Below, piece after piece: positions 41,299 to 51,213 of a stretch of DNA of 64,000 nucleotides. Each line of letters starts with the position of its first letter. Within the stretch, counting starts at the first letter, position 1. The stretch comes from Lysobacteraceae bacterium (lineage in GTDB: Bacteria; Bdellovibrionota; UBA1018; JAGTJX01), in assembly GCA_023657465.1 (NCBI GenBank), contig JAGTJX010000001.1, positions 460,358 through 524,357 of the forward strand. The letters run 5' to 3'. The notes beneath the pieces were generated by a model. The model saw only the letters and a list, made by a program, of their open reading frames with translations. It had not been told where the DNA came from and ran no database searches. A program made the position numbers and the translations under genes.

Positions 41299-41993
41299 AA
41301 CCAATAACTTAGATTGAGGCCTACATTTCCAAACAAGACAGGAATTCTTCCTTTGACTCCTGTCTCAGCAAGTTCGTATTGCATACGACCTGAATTAGCA
41401 GAAATACTTCCTCCTAAAGTCCAGGCTCCATCATTACTCAGTTGATAGAATATAGATGCTTCTGCGAAAACTACGACTGCAGAAAAAGAAATCGCGTTTA
41501 CACCGTCTGTAAAATTACCGTAATAGGCACCCACTCTTCCCATCTCTGTGAGTTTTGGTGAAATAAATTGCAAAAGTTTTCCATGGAAACCCACTGCTGG
41601 TCCGAAGAGTAACCCAGTGAATGCTGTCACCGCTGTTCTATTCCTACTGTTAATTTCAGCGTTAGGATCAGTTGAGACAGGCCAGTTTAAAGCATCGTCT
41701 AAGGCCGCTAAGTCCCTATCAGGAGTAATCGTTTCATAAGTACCCGTGAGGAATTTTACTTGAGCATCGAGAGTCACAATTTCAAACTGCTTTCCAATAA
41801 TTACACCTCCACCTAGTAAAGCACCTGGTTTAGGAGATGAGAAAGCGTCTAGTCTTGTATACCACGATCTTTTTTCAAGAATCATTTTTGGAATAGCAAT
41901 CGTTGTATAAGGAGCTTCGTTTACCCACTCCGTTGCGTGAGAGAATGTTGAGAAGAGTAGAGTGAGTAATAAACATTTATAGTTATTCATCAA
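41295..41993 (-). CDS. Outer-membrane beta-barrel-like hypothetical protein
   Basis: Signal peptide SHA; terminal LSYWF. Confidence 0.55.
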   Translation of the reverse strand: MMNNYKCLLLTLLFSTFSHATEWVNEAPYTTIAIPKMILEKRSWYTRLDAFSSPKPGALLGGGVIIGKQFEIVTLDAQVKFLTGTYETITPDRDLAALDDALNWPVSTDPNAEINSRNRTAVTAFTGLLFGPAVGFHGKLLQFISPKLTEMGRVGAYYGNFTDGVNAISFSAVVVFAEASIFYQLSNDGAWTLGGSISANSGRMQYELAETGVKGRIPVLFGNVGLNLSYWF

Positions 41994-43420
41994 AAGAATT
42001 CTCCTGGCAAGTGATCGACTCCAATAAATTTAGCCAGTGCTAACTTTCTCTCTAAATGTGAAAGAATAGCGTCCTTGTAATTGAATTCAATAGATCGTGC
42101 TTGATTGATCGCATCTCTTAACTCCAGGCGATTTGCACCAGAACGAGAAAAGTTCGAGAACAAAGTCTCAAGAAGTTTAGACGCATTTTGAATAGATTCT
42201 TTGTTAATGCCGACAGCTTGCTCTTGCTGTTTGATCACGACAAAAAGCGATTGAATCCCGATTTCACTTTCCATCATGGTTTTTTGGAATGCTAGATCAG
42301 CGTTATCACGATTGATTCTTGCGGTTTCAATAGTACGTTTACCCAGGAATCCGCCTGGACCATATAGAGGAATGCTAAAATTCAGAGATGTGACAAAATC
42401 AATGTTTCCAGATCCACTAGCGGTATAAGTCTTTGTATCTCCCCAATAGCTATTACCATACCTCACACTGAGAGCGCTGAGACTAATTGTAGGGAGTGGT
42501 AGACGATCTTTTTCAGCTCGAGAAAGAATGAGCTCAAAGGTCTTCACTCCCACGCGCGCATCTCTCACTGTCGGTGAGTTTTCCATGAAGAGTTTATGTG
42601 CGTCGTCTGCTTCAAGTTGAAGTGGAGTATATTCTAGATCTGTTTTGAGAACATAGACGTTCGTGAGGGGCTCTCCCATGAGAAGGTTTAGGGCCCAGCG
42701 TTGTTGTTGTACACTTCTGTCGAGATCAATGAATTGGTTTTTTGCATTCAGGAAGTCAACTGTAGAAGAGTTCAGATCTGTGTTCTTTGTTTGACCTAGT
42801 TCTTCCTTGGATTGAACAAGCTCAAGGATCGCTTCAGAAATATCTACGGAACGTTTTGCAGCTTCGAGTTTGTCTTGCTCAGTTTTATTTTTGAAATACG
42901 AAAGAATCACATCGAATCTCAGTGATCGTTCTGCTTCGATGAGTTTCTGTTGTTCTCTTTCCCAGGTCAGTCTTGCAGCTTCGTAAAAGAGCTGGTCTCT
43001 GAAGAAATTAAAAATTGTGTAAGATCCCAGTTCAACACCAACGGATGTCGTGGGATATCCTTTTGAGAAAGTATAATTTGATTGTGTTTTTCCTTGGGCT
43101 TCTAATGCTGTTGGATCTTGTGCTTGACCTAGATTGTAAGCAGTTGATCCTGGCATTTGAGCGATTGAAAAATTTGAATCAAGTCGTGTTGTGAAGTTAA
43201 CTGCTGGCATGAACATGGTATCAAATGCATTATCGTAGGTGATTTGTTTTTGTCGGAGTGAATTTCTGGTTTGAAGTATATCCCAGTTGGATGACATCGC
43301 TTTTTTGATCGCCATCTCCAATGTCAAAACTTCACCGGATCTTGTCATCTGCTTGGCGGCAATCGAGTGGTCGTGAATAAAGAATGCAACTAGCATCAGA
43401 AAAAACTTGAACCCGTGCAC
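41990..43420 (-). CDS. TolC-family outer membrane efflux protein
   Basis: LTLE.AI..A start and two OEP-like helical repeats; likely start GTG 43420. Confidence 0.8.
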   Translation of the reverse strand: MHGFKFFLMLVAFFIHDHSIAAKQMTRSGEVLTLEMAIKKAMSSNWDILQTRNSLRQKQITYDNAFDTMFMPAVNFTTRLDSNFSIAQMPGSTAYNLGQAQDPTALEAQGKTQSNYTFSKGYPTTSVGVELGSYTIFNFFRDQLFYEAARLTWEREQQKLIEAERSLRFDVILSYFKNKTEQDKLEAAKRSVDISEAILELVQSKEELGQTKNTDLNSSTVDFLNAKNQFIDLDRSVQQQRWALNLLMGEPLTNVYVLKTDLEYTPLQLEADDAHKLFMENSPTVRDARVGVKTFELILSRAEKDRLPLPTISLSALSVRYGNSYWGDTKTYTASGSGNIDFVTSLNFSIPLYGPGGFLGKRTIETARINRDNADLAFQKTMMESEIGIQSLFVVIKQQEQAVGINKESIQNASKLLETLFSNFSRSGANRLELRDAINQARSIEFNYKDAILSHLERKLALAKFIGVDHLPGEFF

Positions 43421-43460
43421 AAATCCGCGTGTAATCAATATAAGGAAACGTGGACTTCCG

Positions 43461-43835
43461 ATGTTGATCCTCACTATTCTTTCCATTTTTATCCCGCTAG
43501 CAAAATCCGACGGAGACATGTGTTCTAAGTACGAGTCCTCCGTCAATAAGATAGCTAAGTATAGATCATACAAGGAAAAATTGATCGATGCTCGTGATAA
43601 AAACAAGCAATACCTCAGTACCCTAGAAGATCATCAAGTCACCGAACGCCGTAAGGCCATTGAGAATATCTCCATTGCAGAAATGAAGATCGAAGCAGCT
43701 GGCAATATGATATCTGCTAACGAGACGAAAGTGAACGCTGGAGACTTCAGTTCTTGTATTAACGCGGAGCGCGCACCCGCTTCAGCCGTAACAAAAGAAC
43801 GCACAGAGAACCCACAACCACAAACAACGAAATAA
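43461..43835 (+). CDS. Small secreted helical hypothetical protein
   Basis: Signal peptide from ATG 43461; coiled coil flanked by two Cys; RAPAS tail. Confidence 0.55.
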   Translation: MLILTILSIFIPLAKSDGDMCSKYESSVNKIAKYRSYKEKLIDARDKNKQYLSTLEDHQVTERRKAIENISIAEMKIEAAGNMISANETKVNAGDFSSCINAERAPASAVTKERTENPQPQTTK

Positions 43836-44535
43836 ACTGACTGGTTGAGAGCCAGGGGTCAATGATGAAGCCCCTAATGAAGTCTCCTCTGAAAAGCTCT
43901 ACGATACTTCTGATCACTGGATAGATAATGAAGTAAGAGATCCCCACTTGGCCGTCGAATTTCTTATGTTTGAAAATCCAAAGTAACCCAAAAAGCAATA
44001 ATAAGAGGGAGCCTGCTTCGTAGAGTTGAACGGGATGCAGTGAGACTCCTCTCAGAGAGCGTTCCACTAATTCAGAGTGTAGGTGAATACCCCAAGGAAG
44101 ATCTGTAGGCTTTCCGTAACAGCAGCCCGCAGCTAAACATCCCAGTCTTCCAAATGCGTGATTCAGTACGAGTCCAGGTACGAGTACATCGGCGACTTTC
44201 CAGATGGGGAGCTTGCTCTTCCTCATTTGGAAAACAAAAACAGCTGTAGCGGTAATGAGTCCTCCGAAGAAGACGAGTCCGCCTTCCCAAACCCGGATGA
44301 TTTCAAGAGGGTGAGCAGCAAAATAATCAAATCGTGTGATGACAAATAAAAGTCGCGCTCCAATGAATCCAGAAATTAACATCCAGAAAACAATGTCCAT
44401 AACTGGGTCTACAGGGAGTTTAGATTTAATACTGAGTCTTCTAATGATCTCCAGTGCCGAGAGGAAGCCAATAGCAATGAGTAGTCCATAGCTATGGATA
44501 GGCACAGGACCCATATTAAAGAGTAGTGGATGCAT
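43759..44535 (-). CDS. lgt: Prolipoprotein diacylglyceryl transferase
   Basis: SYG, GARL, GGLVFFGG, FGRLGC, HPVQLYE. Confidence 0.94.
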   Translation of the reverse strand: MHPLLFNMGPVPIHSYGLLIAIGFLSALEIIRRLSIKSKLPVDPVMDIVFWMLISGFIGARLLFVITRFDYFAAHPLEIIRVWEGGLVFFGGLITATAVFVFQMRKSKLPIWKVADVLVPGLVLNHAFGRLGCLAAGCCYGKPTDLPWGIHLHSELVERSLRGVSLHPVQLYEAGSLLLLLFGLLWIFKHKKFDGQVGISYFIIYPVIRSIVELFRGDFIRGFIIDPWLSTSQFISLFVVVGSLCVLLLRLKRVRAPR

Positions 44536-45013
44536 CTTTTTTATTCTCGAACATCGCAAGTGCTAACATCGATGCACCGATAGAGATTGCAGAGTCCGCG
44601 ACATTAAAGGCGGGGAAGAAATATTCGTGATTCCAGCTGAAGTACAGAAAGTCTACGACGTAGCCATACACGATGCGATCAATGAGGTTACCTATAGCAC
44701 CGCTGAGAATGAGTGCGAGAGCAAGGGCTGACCACTTGCTTGTATCAGGGAGTGTTTTTAAGAAGTAGAAAATCATTCCAAGGGCAACGATAGGAATGAT
44801 GATGAAAAAAGGAATTCGAATTATCGGATCCGCGTTGGCCAGCATTCCAAAAGCTGCTCCAGTATTGTGAATTCTAGTAATATCAAAATAATTATTAATT
44901 ACCGGGAGCATTTCATGAAGAGTGAATTTATCAACGATGAGCATCTTCGTGATTTGATCCAAAACGATAATGAGTGGCAATGTCCAAGCGAGGATTTTGT
45001 ATTTGAGTTTCAT
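44516..45013 (-). CDS. lspA: Lipoprotein signal peptidase II
   Basis: LDQITK, NTGAAFG, GNLIDR, VVDF, FNVAD. Confidence 0.95.
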   Translation of the reverse strand: MKLKYKILAWTLPLIIVLDQITKMLIVDKFTLHEMLPVINNYFDITRIHNTGAAFGMLANADPIIRIPFFIIIPIVALGMIFYFLKTLPDTSKWSALALALILSGAIGNLIDRIVYGYVVDFLYFSWNHEYFFPAFNVADSAISIGASMLALAMFENKKDASTTL

Positions 45014-45301
45014 TTATTTAGTCCTAAAAGAAAAAATGATATCACACGGCTTAGAAAATCCGACTGATTTCTCATAATCTGATTTTATATTTGGATCTAA
45101 GATCCAGAGTTCTTCTCCTTCAACAGTAGGAACTTTGATCGCAATATAATCCGACTGAGATTGAAGAGTTTTTTTCTGAGACAGTGAGCCTGCAATGATC
45201 ACTGAAGTTTTTGCTATGAGATGAGTTTCAATTATTTTTTTTAATTCAGGTAGATTTTCAACTTCGTCTTCAGGCAACTCAATTCTTGAATAAGAAGGCA
45301 T
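45014..45301 (-). CDS. Hypothetical protein coupled to upstream NTase and to lspA
   Basis: TAATG overlap with upstream gene; stop abuts lspA ATG. Confidence 0.55.
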   Translation of the reverse strand: MPSYSRIELPEDEVENLPELKKIIETHLIAKTSVIIAGSLSQKKTLQSQSDYIAIKVPTVEGEELWILDPNIKSDYEKSVGFSKPCDIIFSFRTK

Positions 45302-45876
45302 TACCAGCTAGAGCCCCAGAGAAGGATTCCCTTTTCGATTTTATCTGCAAGTTCAGAATCTTTTTTGCTCACTTCGCTGTATTCAGATGCCGTCATACAG
45401 TTTGCAGAAATCTGTTTACCGAGTGGATGGCTTTCAATCTGGCTTTTAATTTCATCACAGCGATCAGTGACGATGAAAAGATCGTAGTTGCTATCACTGG
45501 TAGATCTTCCAGTAGCCCTGCTTCCGTAGAGAACGCCTTTTGATGAAAGAGGTTGTGCAAGTTGTACGATCCCTTCGAGATCGCAGACCGCGCTGTATGT
45601 TTTTAATAATTTGATAGAGATGTGATCGTTATTCAAGCAGACCGCGCGTTTATTGTCGATGAACTGAACGATACCGACTTCTTCCATCTCAGCTAGAATT
45701 TTTACGAGACCTTCTGCTCCGCCCAGTCCTCTCACACCTTTTAGTTTTGAAGCGAGTACTCTGGGAGTGAACGAGGTTGTAGGCTCAGAAACCAAAAACT
45801 TTATAAGCTTTTGTTCTGGAGTGACAAAGAAAATAGAGTCCAACGTGGGCTTAGGTTTTCTTACTCTTGCGGCCAT
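45301..45876 (-). CDS. wHTH plus minimal nucleotidyltransferase (Pol-beta/MNT) domain protein
   Basis: N-terminal winged-HTH-like segment; LYGSRATG...SNYDLFIV. Confidence 0.75.
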   Translation of the reverse strand: MAARVRKPKPTLDSIFFVTPEQKLIKFLVSEPTTSFTPRVLASKLKGVRGLGGAEGLVKILAEMEEVGIVQFIDNKRAVCLNNDHISIKLLKTYSAVCDLEGIVQLAQPLSSKGVLYGSRATGRSTSDSNYDLFIVTDRCDEIKSQIESHPLGKQISANCMTASEYSEVSKKDSELADKIEKGILLWGSSW

Positions 45877-45881
45877 GAACC

Positions 45882-46751
45882 TTATTTATCAGGCTTTCCG
45901 ACGGATCGCCATGCAACAAATGAAATTCCAATCGCCATGAGTAACATTCCTGCCCATTGTGAAATAGCGAGGCGCTCGTCCAGGAGCACATAGCCCCAGA
46001 GCGACGAAAATGCCGCGCCAAGTAGTGAATATGTGCTGACTAATCCTGCTTTTGAGTATCGATAGCCCATCGTCATTCCGATTTGCCCTCCTGTTGCGAA
46101 GAGTCCCATGGCTAAGAACATCGCCCAGTCTTTAATGGATACCGGGTTATGGAAGTGTCCCCAGAGTAGAGGAAGAGAGAGGGCTGTTGCTGTTCCTGTG
46201 AAGTAGAGAACGATTCCATTCACACCCACAGTCTTAGTTGCGACTCTTACAGCGACAAACGCAAGAGAAGAGAACATCGCACCTAAGATTCCGATTCCTA
46301 CTGCGAGAGGGAGAAGTGAGGTTTGTGAGAGTTTTGGATCAAATAAAAAATACAATCCAACGAAGGTAAGAGTTACCCAAAGGTAAAGACTTTTCTCGTG
46401 ATGTTCTTTAAGCGCGACTGCAGAAACAAAAAAAACAAAAACCGGACTACACCAATTGAGCATCGCAGAAATGCTGAGTGGAAGGTGAATGAGCGCATAG
46501 AAGAAGCAAATGAGAGAGAGAAAACCTACAAATCCTCTGAAGAATAGTAACTTTTTACCCGGAGGATTAAGCGATTCGCCTCGAATCAGCATGATTCCAA
46601 AAACGAGTATAAAATTAACAAACGCTCTGAAGAATACGATCTGTTCGTGCTCATAATTCACAGCCAAGAATTTTACGAACAGTGACATGAGAGAAAAGCT
46701 AAACCCACTGAAGGTCATCCAGAGGAGTGATAAATAGGTTTGGTTGATCAC
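45882..46751 (-). CDS. DMT/EamA-family transporter
   Basis: About 10 TM helices in two EamA repeats. Confidence 0.88.
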   Translation of the reverse strand: MINQTYLSLLWMTFSGFSFSLMSLFVKFLAVNYEHEQIVFFRAFVNFILVFGIMLIRGESLNPPGKKLLFFRGFVGFLSLICFFYALIHLPLSISAMLNWCSPVFVFFVSAVALKEHHEKSLYLWVTLTFVGLYFLFDPKLSQTSLLPLAVGIGILGAMFSSLAFVAVRVATKTVGVNGIVLYFTGTATALSLPLLWGHFHNPVSIKDWAMFLAMGLFATGGQIGMTMGYRYSKAGLVSTYSLLGAAFSSLWGYVLLDERLAISQWAGMLLMAIGISFVAWRSVGKPDK

Positions 46752-47437
46752 TTTTTATAGTTCCAAGACTCGAGAGTTTTGTCCTCTTCATATTGTGAAG
46801 CTACTTTTTTAAACTTCACTCCACGTTTTCCTTTGACTCTATTTTCGCATTCGCACCAAGTGATGTGCTTTTCTAATTTTCCATCGACTAAGCTCAGATA
46901 CCATGGGTTTTTAGACTTTTTTCCTCCGAGAGAAGGAGTGTAAGTGAGGTCGATTTTATATTTTTTAGCATCACCGGAATAGAGATCTGCTTCACCACCT
47001 TTTGAGAATGTGACTGCGATTTCGTCGCACCTTTCGTTTCCTGGAACACCTTCGTGGCCAGGGACAAGATTCCATGTGATTTTATTTTTTAGTGTTTGAA
47101 GGATTTCGTCAAGGCGCTTCCAGAGATCTTGGTTCTTCACGGGATCACCGCTCATGGTTTTCCAATCACGTTTTTTCCAGTTTGATAGATTTTTTTCAGC
47201 GCCACTTAAGACATAAGATGAATCTGAGTAGACGAGAATATCCTCTGCATGGTCAGATGGAATTTTTTCTAGTCCTGCAATGAGAGCGTAGAGCTCCATG
47301 CGATTATTGGTAGTGTGAGCCTCGCCACCACCGAGTTCAGTAACGGTAGATCCACTGCGGAGGATGCATCCCCAACCCCCTGGTCCAGGGTTGCCGGATG
47401 CAGCTCCATCAGTGAATACTATTATTTTATCCTTCAA
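46748..47437 (-). CDS. rnhA: Ribonuclease HI with C-terminal viroplasmin-like hybrid-binding domain
   Basis: TDGAASGNPGPGGWG, TNNRME, SDS.YV, KNQDLW, GH.G..GNERCD; C-terminal TW.ECE.RVKG..G..FKK. Confidence 0.9.
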   Translation of the reverse strand: MKDKIIVFTDGAASGNPGPGGWGCILRSGSTVTELGGGEAHTTNNRMELYALIAGLEKIPSDHAEDILVYSDSSYVLSGAEKNLSNWKKRDWKTMSGDPVKNQDLWKRLDEILQTLKNKITWNLVPGHEGVPGNERCDEIAVTFSKGGEADLYSGDAKKYKIDLTYTPSLGGKKSKNPWYLSLVDGKLEKHITWCECENRVKGKRGVKFKKVASQYEEDKTLESWNYKK

Positions 47438-47438
47438 A

Positions 47439-48008
47439 TTAGATGAAGTAGTGGACGCTGAATCCAGCTAATGTGCTGAAAGGTGCAATCGAGAAAGCAA
47501 ATGCAGGCAGTACAGTGATTACAGGTCCTGCATCGAATGAGACTTGAATCTTATTCGCTACAAGTTCGTGATGAATCCCGAGAACTCCGCTGAGCAATAA
47601 AGTGAATGAAGTGCCACCAGCAGCTACTGTGAAACCACCTATTGTTGTTGCAGCTGAAGAAGCAACGCCAAAGCCAAGTCCTCCACCAAGATGAAAACCG
47701 GTATCAGAATTCCCAACAACAGTAGCTTTATATAAGCCGCTTCCAATAATACTGAATCCACCGGAAGTGCCTAATACTAATGTAGTTTGAATGCTGTTTT
47801 GACCTACTGGGATAAGAGCGCTGAGTCCACCTGAACCACCAAAAGAACTAAAAGTTGTTAATCCTAGTGCAAACGAATGCCCACCTGACTGTGGAGCTGA
47901 TCTAGTATAAGTAGCTGTATCTATTGTTCTTGAAGATCCAGTGGATTTTGCAAAAGCAGGAGTCGAAATAAGAGTTAATGCTAAAAAGAGAGTATTTAGG
48001 TTTTTCAT
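47439..48008 (-). CDS. Gly-rich outer-membrane beta-barrel protein
   Basis: Signal peptide AFA; ends VHYFI. Confidence 0.6.
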   Translation of the reverse strand: MKNLNTLFLALTLISTPAFAKSTGSSRTIDTATYTRSAPQSGGHSFALGLTTFSSFGGSGGLSALIPVGQNSIQTTLVLGTSGGFSIIGSGLYKATVVGNSDTGFHLGGGLGFGVASSAATTIGGFTVAAGGTSFTLLLSGVLGIHHELVANKIQVSFDAGPVITVLPAFAFSIAPFSTLAGFSVHYFI

Positions 48009-48088
48009 AGGAGCCTAAGCTCGGCTATGCGGGCCTGTAATTCAAGACAAAATTTTTTAACAAAATCATAAACGCAGAGCACTGTACG

Positions 48089-48116
48089 TTGACATTTTGT
48101 GCCAGAACCGGATACT
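48089..48116 (+). promoter_or_regulatory. Putative sigma70 promoter of tRNA cluster
   Basis: TTGACA-16-GATACT upstream of tRNA-Thr. Confidence 0.5.
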
Positions 48117-48138
48117 AGCTACATTCCAAATCAAAGGT

Positions 48139-48214
48139 GCTGGAGTAGCTCAGTTGGTAGAGCAGCTGATTTGTAATCAGCAGGTCGCAGGTTCGATCCC
48201 TGTCTCCAGCTCCA
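48139..48214 (+). tRNA. tRNA-Thr(TGT)
   Basis: Cloverleaf GCTGGAG...CTGAT TTGTAAT CAG...GGTTCGATCC...CCA. Confidence 0.95.
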
Positions 48215-48228
48215 TTTGATTTGTGTGT

Positions 48229-48314
48229 GGTGAGATTCCGGAGCGGTCAAACGGGCCAGACTGTAAATCTGGTGGCTCACGCCTTCGAAGGTTCAAATCC
48301 TTCTCTCACCACCA
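48229..48314 (+). tRNA. tRNA-Tyr(GTA)
   Basis: Long variable arm; CCAGA CTGTAAA TCTGG; CCA end. Confidence 0.95.
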
Positions 48315-48407
48315 TTTTTTATTATAAAATGAGTGGCGCTGCGCTGATCTTTAGCAAAAATTTATGCCCCTATTCATCTCAGGTAAGACGAGTGAAAGCG
48401 GGTTGTT

Positions 48408-49090
48408 GTGAATAAAAAATCTCAAAATAGTTTAGGCTACGATCGTTGGTCTAGAGTTTATGATCAAACTCTTAACTCTACAGTTGCAGCTGATGAATTG
48501 AATTTCCCTAAGTTTTGGGGAGATTTTTCAGGAGTAGAAATTTTAGAAGTTGGTTGTGGAACGGGTCGCCACACACACACAAGCTTTCGAAAATAGCTAA
48601 AGTCGTGAGTGCATTAGATCCTTCACTAGGAATGCTTAAGGTCGACAGATCGAAGTTAACAAGTGCTAATATTGATTGGATTCATAGTGATTTTTTTGAT
48701 TTTGAATTTGGCCCAAAAAAATTCGATGTCATTATTGAAAGCTTAGTTCTTGAGCATATTAAGGATATTCAGGCGTTTTTTTTGAAGGTATATTCCTTAC
48801 TTGCCTCTTGAGGGTCCCTTTATTTGTCAGAAATCCATCCCCATCGATTTTCATCCGGAGTCCAAGCGAATTTTTATGATGGAGATGCAGATCAACACGT
48901 GATTTTAGAGAGTTTTTTTCATTCACAATTGAGTATTAAGAACGCTTGTATTTTAGCTGGCTTTAATAACTCCTTAACAAAAGACGTTTATGGAACAGAA
49001 GAGCTGATTAAATTAAATCAAGATTGGAGGAAGCATTTGAATCAACCTCTAATTCAAAGTGGAAGTTTACGAAAAAGCAGAAATAGCTAA
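48408..49090 (+). pseudogene. Class I SAM-dependent methyltransferase pseudogene
   Basis: LEVGCGTGRH, FDVII.SLVLEHI and SEIHP split by a frameshift in (CA)6 at 48570-48581 and an in-frame TGA at 48809-48811. Confidence 0.82.
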
Positions 49091-49171
49091 TAAAGACTCG
49101 CCGCAATAGATTTATTTTTCTTTAAGCTCAATCTTCTTAATGCTACTAAGATTCTTGTTCCAACGAAGCGG

Positions 49172-49248
49172 GCGGAAGTAGCTCAGTTGGCTAGAGCGTC
49201 AGCTTTCCAAGCTGAGGGTCGAGGGTTCGAGTCCCTTCTTCCGCTCCA
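49172..49248 (+). tRNA. tRNA-Gly(TCC)
   Basis: TCAGC TTTCCAA GCTGA anticodon arm; CCA end. Confidence 0.95.
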
Positions 49249-49271
49249 TTTCTAGCCTCTAAATTTTGGGC

Positions 49272-49346
<75 letters not shown>

Positions 49347-49419
49347 TTTTTTTATGGATTTCTGATTGAAAATAGATAAGAAATAGTCAAAACAATTAAT
49401 CGAGAGGGTAAGGCACTGT

Positions 49420-50610
49420 ATGTCTAAGGAAAAATTTGAACGTAAGAAACCACATTTGAACATCGGAACGATCGGCCACGTCGATCACGGTAAAACAACA
49501 TTGACCGCTGCGATCACAACAGTTCTAGCTAAAAAAGGCTGGGCTCAAGCTCGTGCGTACGATCAGATCGATAACGCTCCTGAAGAAAAAGAGCGCGGTA
49601 TCACCATCAACACTACGCACGTTGAATATGAAACAGCTAACAGACACTATGCACACGTCGACTGCCCAGGCCACGCTGACTACGTGAAGAACATGATCAC
49701 AGGCGCTGCACAGATGGACGGAGCAATTCTAGTTTGCTCTGCTGCTGACGGACCAATGCCACAAACTCGTGAGCACATCCTTCTTGCTCGCCAAGTTGGT
49801 GTTCCAGCTATCGTTGTATTTCTCAATAAATGCGACATGGTTGATGATGCTGAATTGATCGATCTCGTTGAGATGGAACTCCGTGAGTTGCTCTCGAGCT
49901 ATCAGTTCCCTGGTGACAAAATTCCAATCATTCGCGGATCTGCACTTAAAGCAGGTGAAGGCGACACAGGTGAGCTAGGTGAGCAAGCTATTCTCAAGCT
50001 CATGGAAGCGTGTGATTCTGCTATTCCACAGCCAAAGCGTGAAAAAGATAAGCCATTTCTCATGCCTGTTGAAGACGTGTTCTCGATCTCTGGTCGTGGA
50101 ACTGTTGTTACCGGACGTGTTGAGCGTGGTGTGATTAAAGTCGGCGAAGAAATCGAGATCATCGGTCTCCGCCCAACCACTAAAACAGTTATCACTGGAG
50201 TAGAGATGTTCCGTAAACTTCTCGATCAAGGTGAAGCGGGCGACAACATCGGAGCTCTTCTTCGTGGAACGAAGAAAGAAGAGATTGAGCGTGGACAAGT
50301 TCTCGCTCACGTTGGCTCTGTGACTCCTCACAAAAAATTCAAAGGCCAAGCGTACATTCTCACCAAAGAAGAAGGTGGACGTCACACTCCATTCTTCAAG
50401 GGTTACCGCCCTCAGTTCTACTTCCGTACAACTGACGTTACCGGCGTAGTCACTCTTCCAGCTGGTGTTGAAATGGTTATGCCTGGTGACAACATCGCTA
50501 TCGAAGTGGAACTCATTACTCCAATCGCAATGGAAAAAGAGTTACGTTTCGCTATCCGCGAAGGCGGCCGCACTGTTGGTGCAGGCGTTGTTGCTGAGAT
50601 TATCGAGTAA
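49420..50610 (+). CDS. tuf: Elongation factor Tu
   Basis: [18 protein letters not shown]; full-length EF-Tu. Confidence 0.99.
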   Translation: MSKEKFERKKPHLNIGTIGHVDHGKTTLTAAITTVLAKKGWAQARAYDQIDNAPEEKERGITINTTHVEYETANRHYAHVDCPGHADYVKNMITGAAQMDGAILVCSAADGPMPQTREHILLARQVGVPAIVVFLNKCDMVDDAELIDLVEMELRELLSSYQFPGDKIPIIRGSALKAGEGDTGELGEQAILKLMEACDSAIPQPKREKDKPFLMPVEDVFSISGRGTVVTGRVERGVIKVGEEIEIIGLRPTTKTVITGVEMFRKLLDQGEAGDNIGALLRGTKKEEIERGQVLAHVGSVTPHKKFKGQAYILTKEEGGRHTPFFKGYRPQFYFRTTDVTGVVTLPAGVEMVMPGDNIAIEVELITPIAMEKELRFAIREGGRTVGAGVVAEIIE

Positions 50611-50634
50611 TCTCGGAACGATCTAAGTTTAGAG

Positions 50635-50668
50635 AAGCGGACTCGAGTTTCGGGTCCGCTTTTTTTTT
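50635..50668 (+). terminator. Rho-independent terminator after tuf
   Basis: aagcggactcga-gtt-tcgggtccgctt followed by T-run. Confidence 0.8.
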
Positions 50669-50682
50669 GAAAATTTGTAGAT

Positions 50683-50759
50683 AGGCCAGTAGCTCCAATT
50701 GGTAGAGCAGCGGATTCCAAATCCGCTTGTTGTGGGTTCGAGTCCCTCCTGGCCTGCCA
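50683..50759 (+). tRNA. tRNA-Trp(CCA)
   Basis: GCGGA TTCCAAA TCCGC; CCA end; canonical position before secE. Confidence 0.94.
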
Positions 50760-50803
50760 TTTTGTTTAGTGATTATTTGAATAAAAGGTGGGAGATCAGA
50801 TAG

Positions 50804-51178
50804 ATGGATAACAGTCGTCAAAAATGGGTAAACATGAGTTTTTTGGCCGGAGCAGTTCTGGTGGGCTACGTTCTTTTTGAGCTTTCGTTCAAAATTGCTG
50901 GAACCTTTGATCTCGAAGCAAGAGTTAAGCAGATCGACTGGATCATCCGTTTTAGTTCAATCGGCATTTCTGCTCTTATCTTCTTAGTCCTTTACAACAG
51001 TTCTAAAGCGAATCAGTTTACTGACGAAGTTGTTCTAGAGCTTTCACGCGTTACTTGGCCAGCTTCCAAGGAAACGACTCGCGCCACTATTGTGGTTGTG
51101 ATCATGGTTCTCATCGCAGGAATCCTCTTGGGTGGGATGGATGTATTTTGGGCTTGGGCAGTAAAGAGTATTCTCTAG
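50804..51178 (+). CDS. secE: Preprotein translocase subunit SecE
   Basis: ELSRVTWP..KET motif; three TM helices; before nusG. Confidence 0.92.
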   Translation: MDNSRQKWVNMSFLAGAVLVGYVLFELSFKIAGTFDLEARVKQIDWIIRFSSIGISALIFLVLYNSSKANQFTDEVVLELSRVTWPASKETTRATIVVVIMVLIAGILLGGMDVFWAWAVKSIL

Positions 51179-51213
51179 ATTTTTTAGGCCAAACAGAATA
51201 GAAGAGTTCTTCC

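Noticed and set aside
48221-48415. Short ORFs overlapping tRNA genes (also 50600-50821 and 62556-62759)
   Set aside because: Spurious frames across tRNA sequences
48570-48581. (CA)6 tract as a phase-variation switch
   Set aside because: A downstream in-frame TGA would still truncate the protein
48809-48811. TGA as recoded Gly, Trp or selenocysteine
   Set aside because: TGA is a normal stop in other genes here (e.g. murA) and the gene has other lesions
49347-50634. Long-range pairing around tuf like that around rplL
   Set aside because: Only about 6 bp of complementarity (tcgaga/tctcgg), expected by chance
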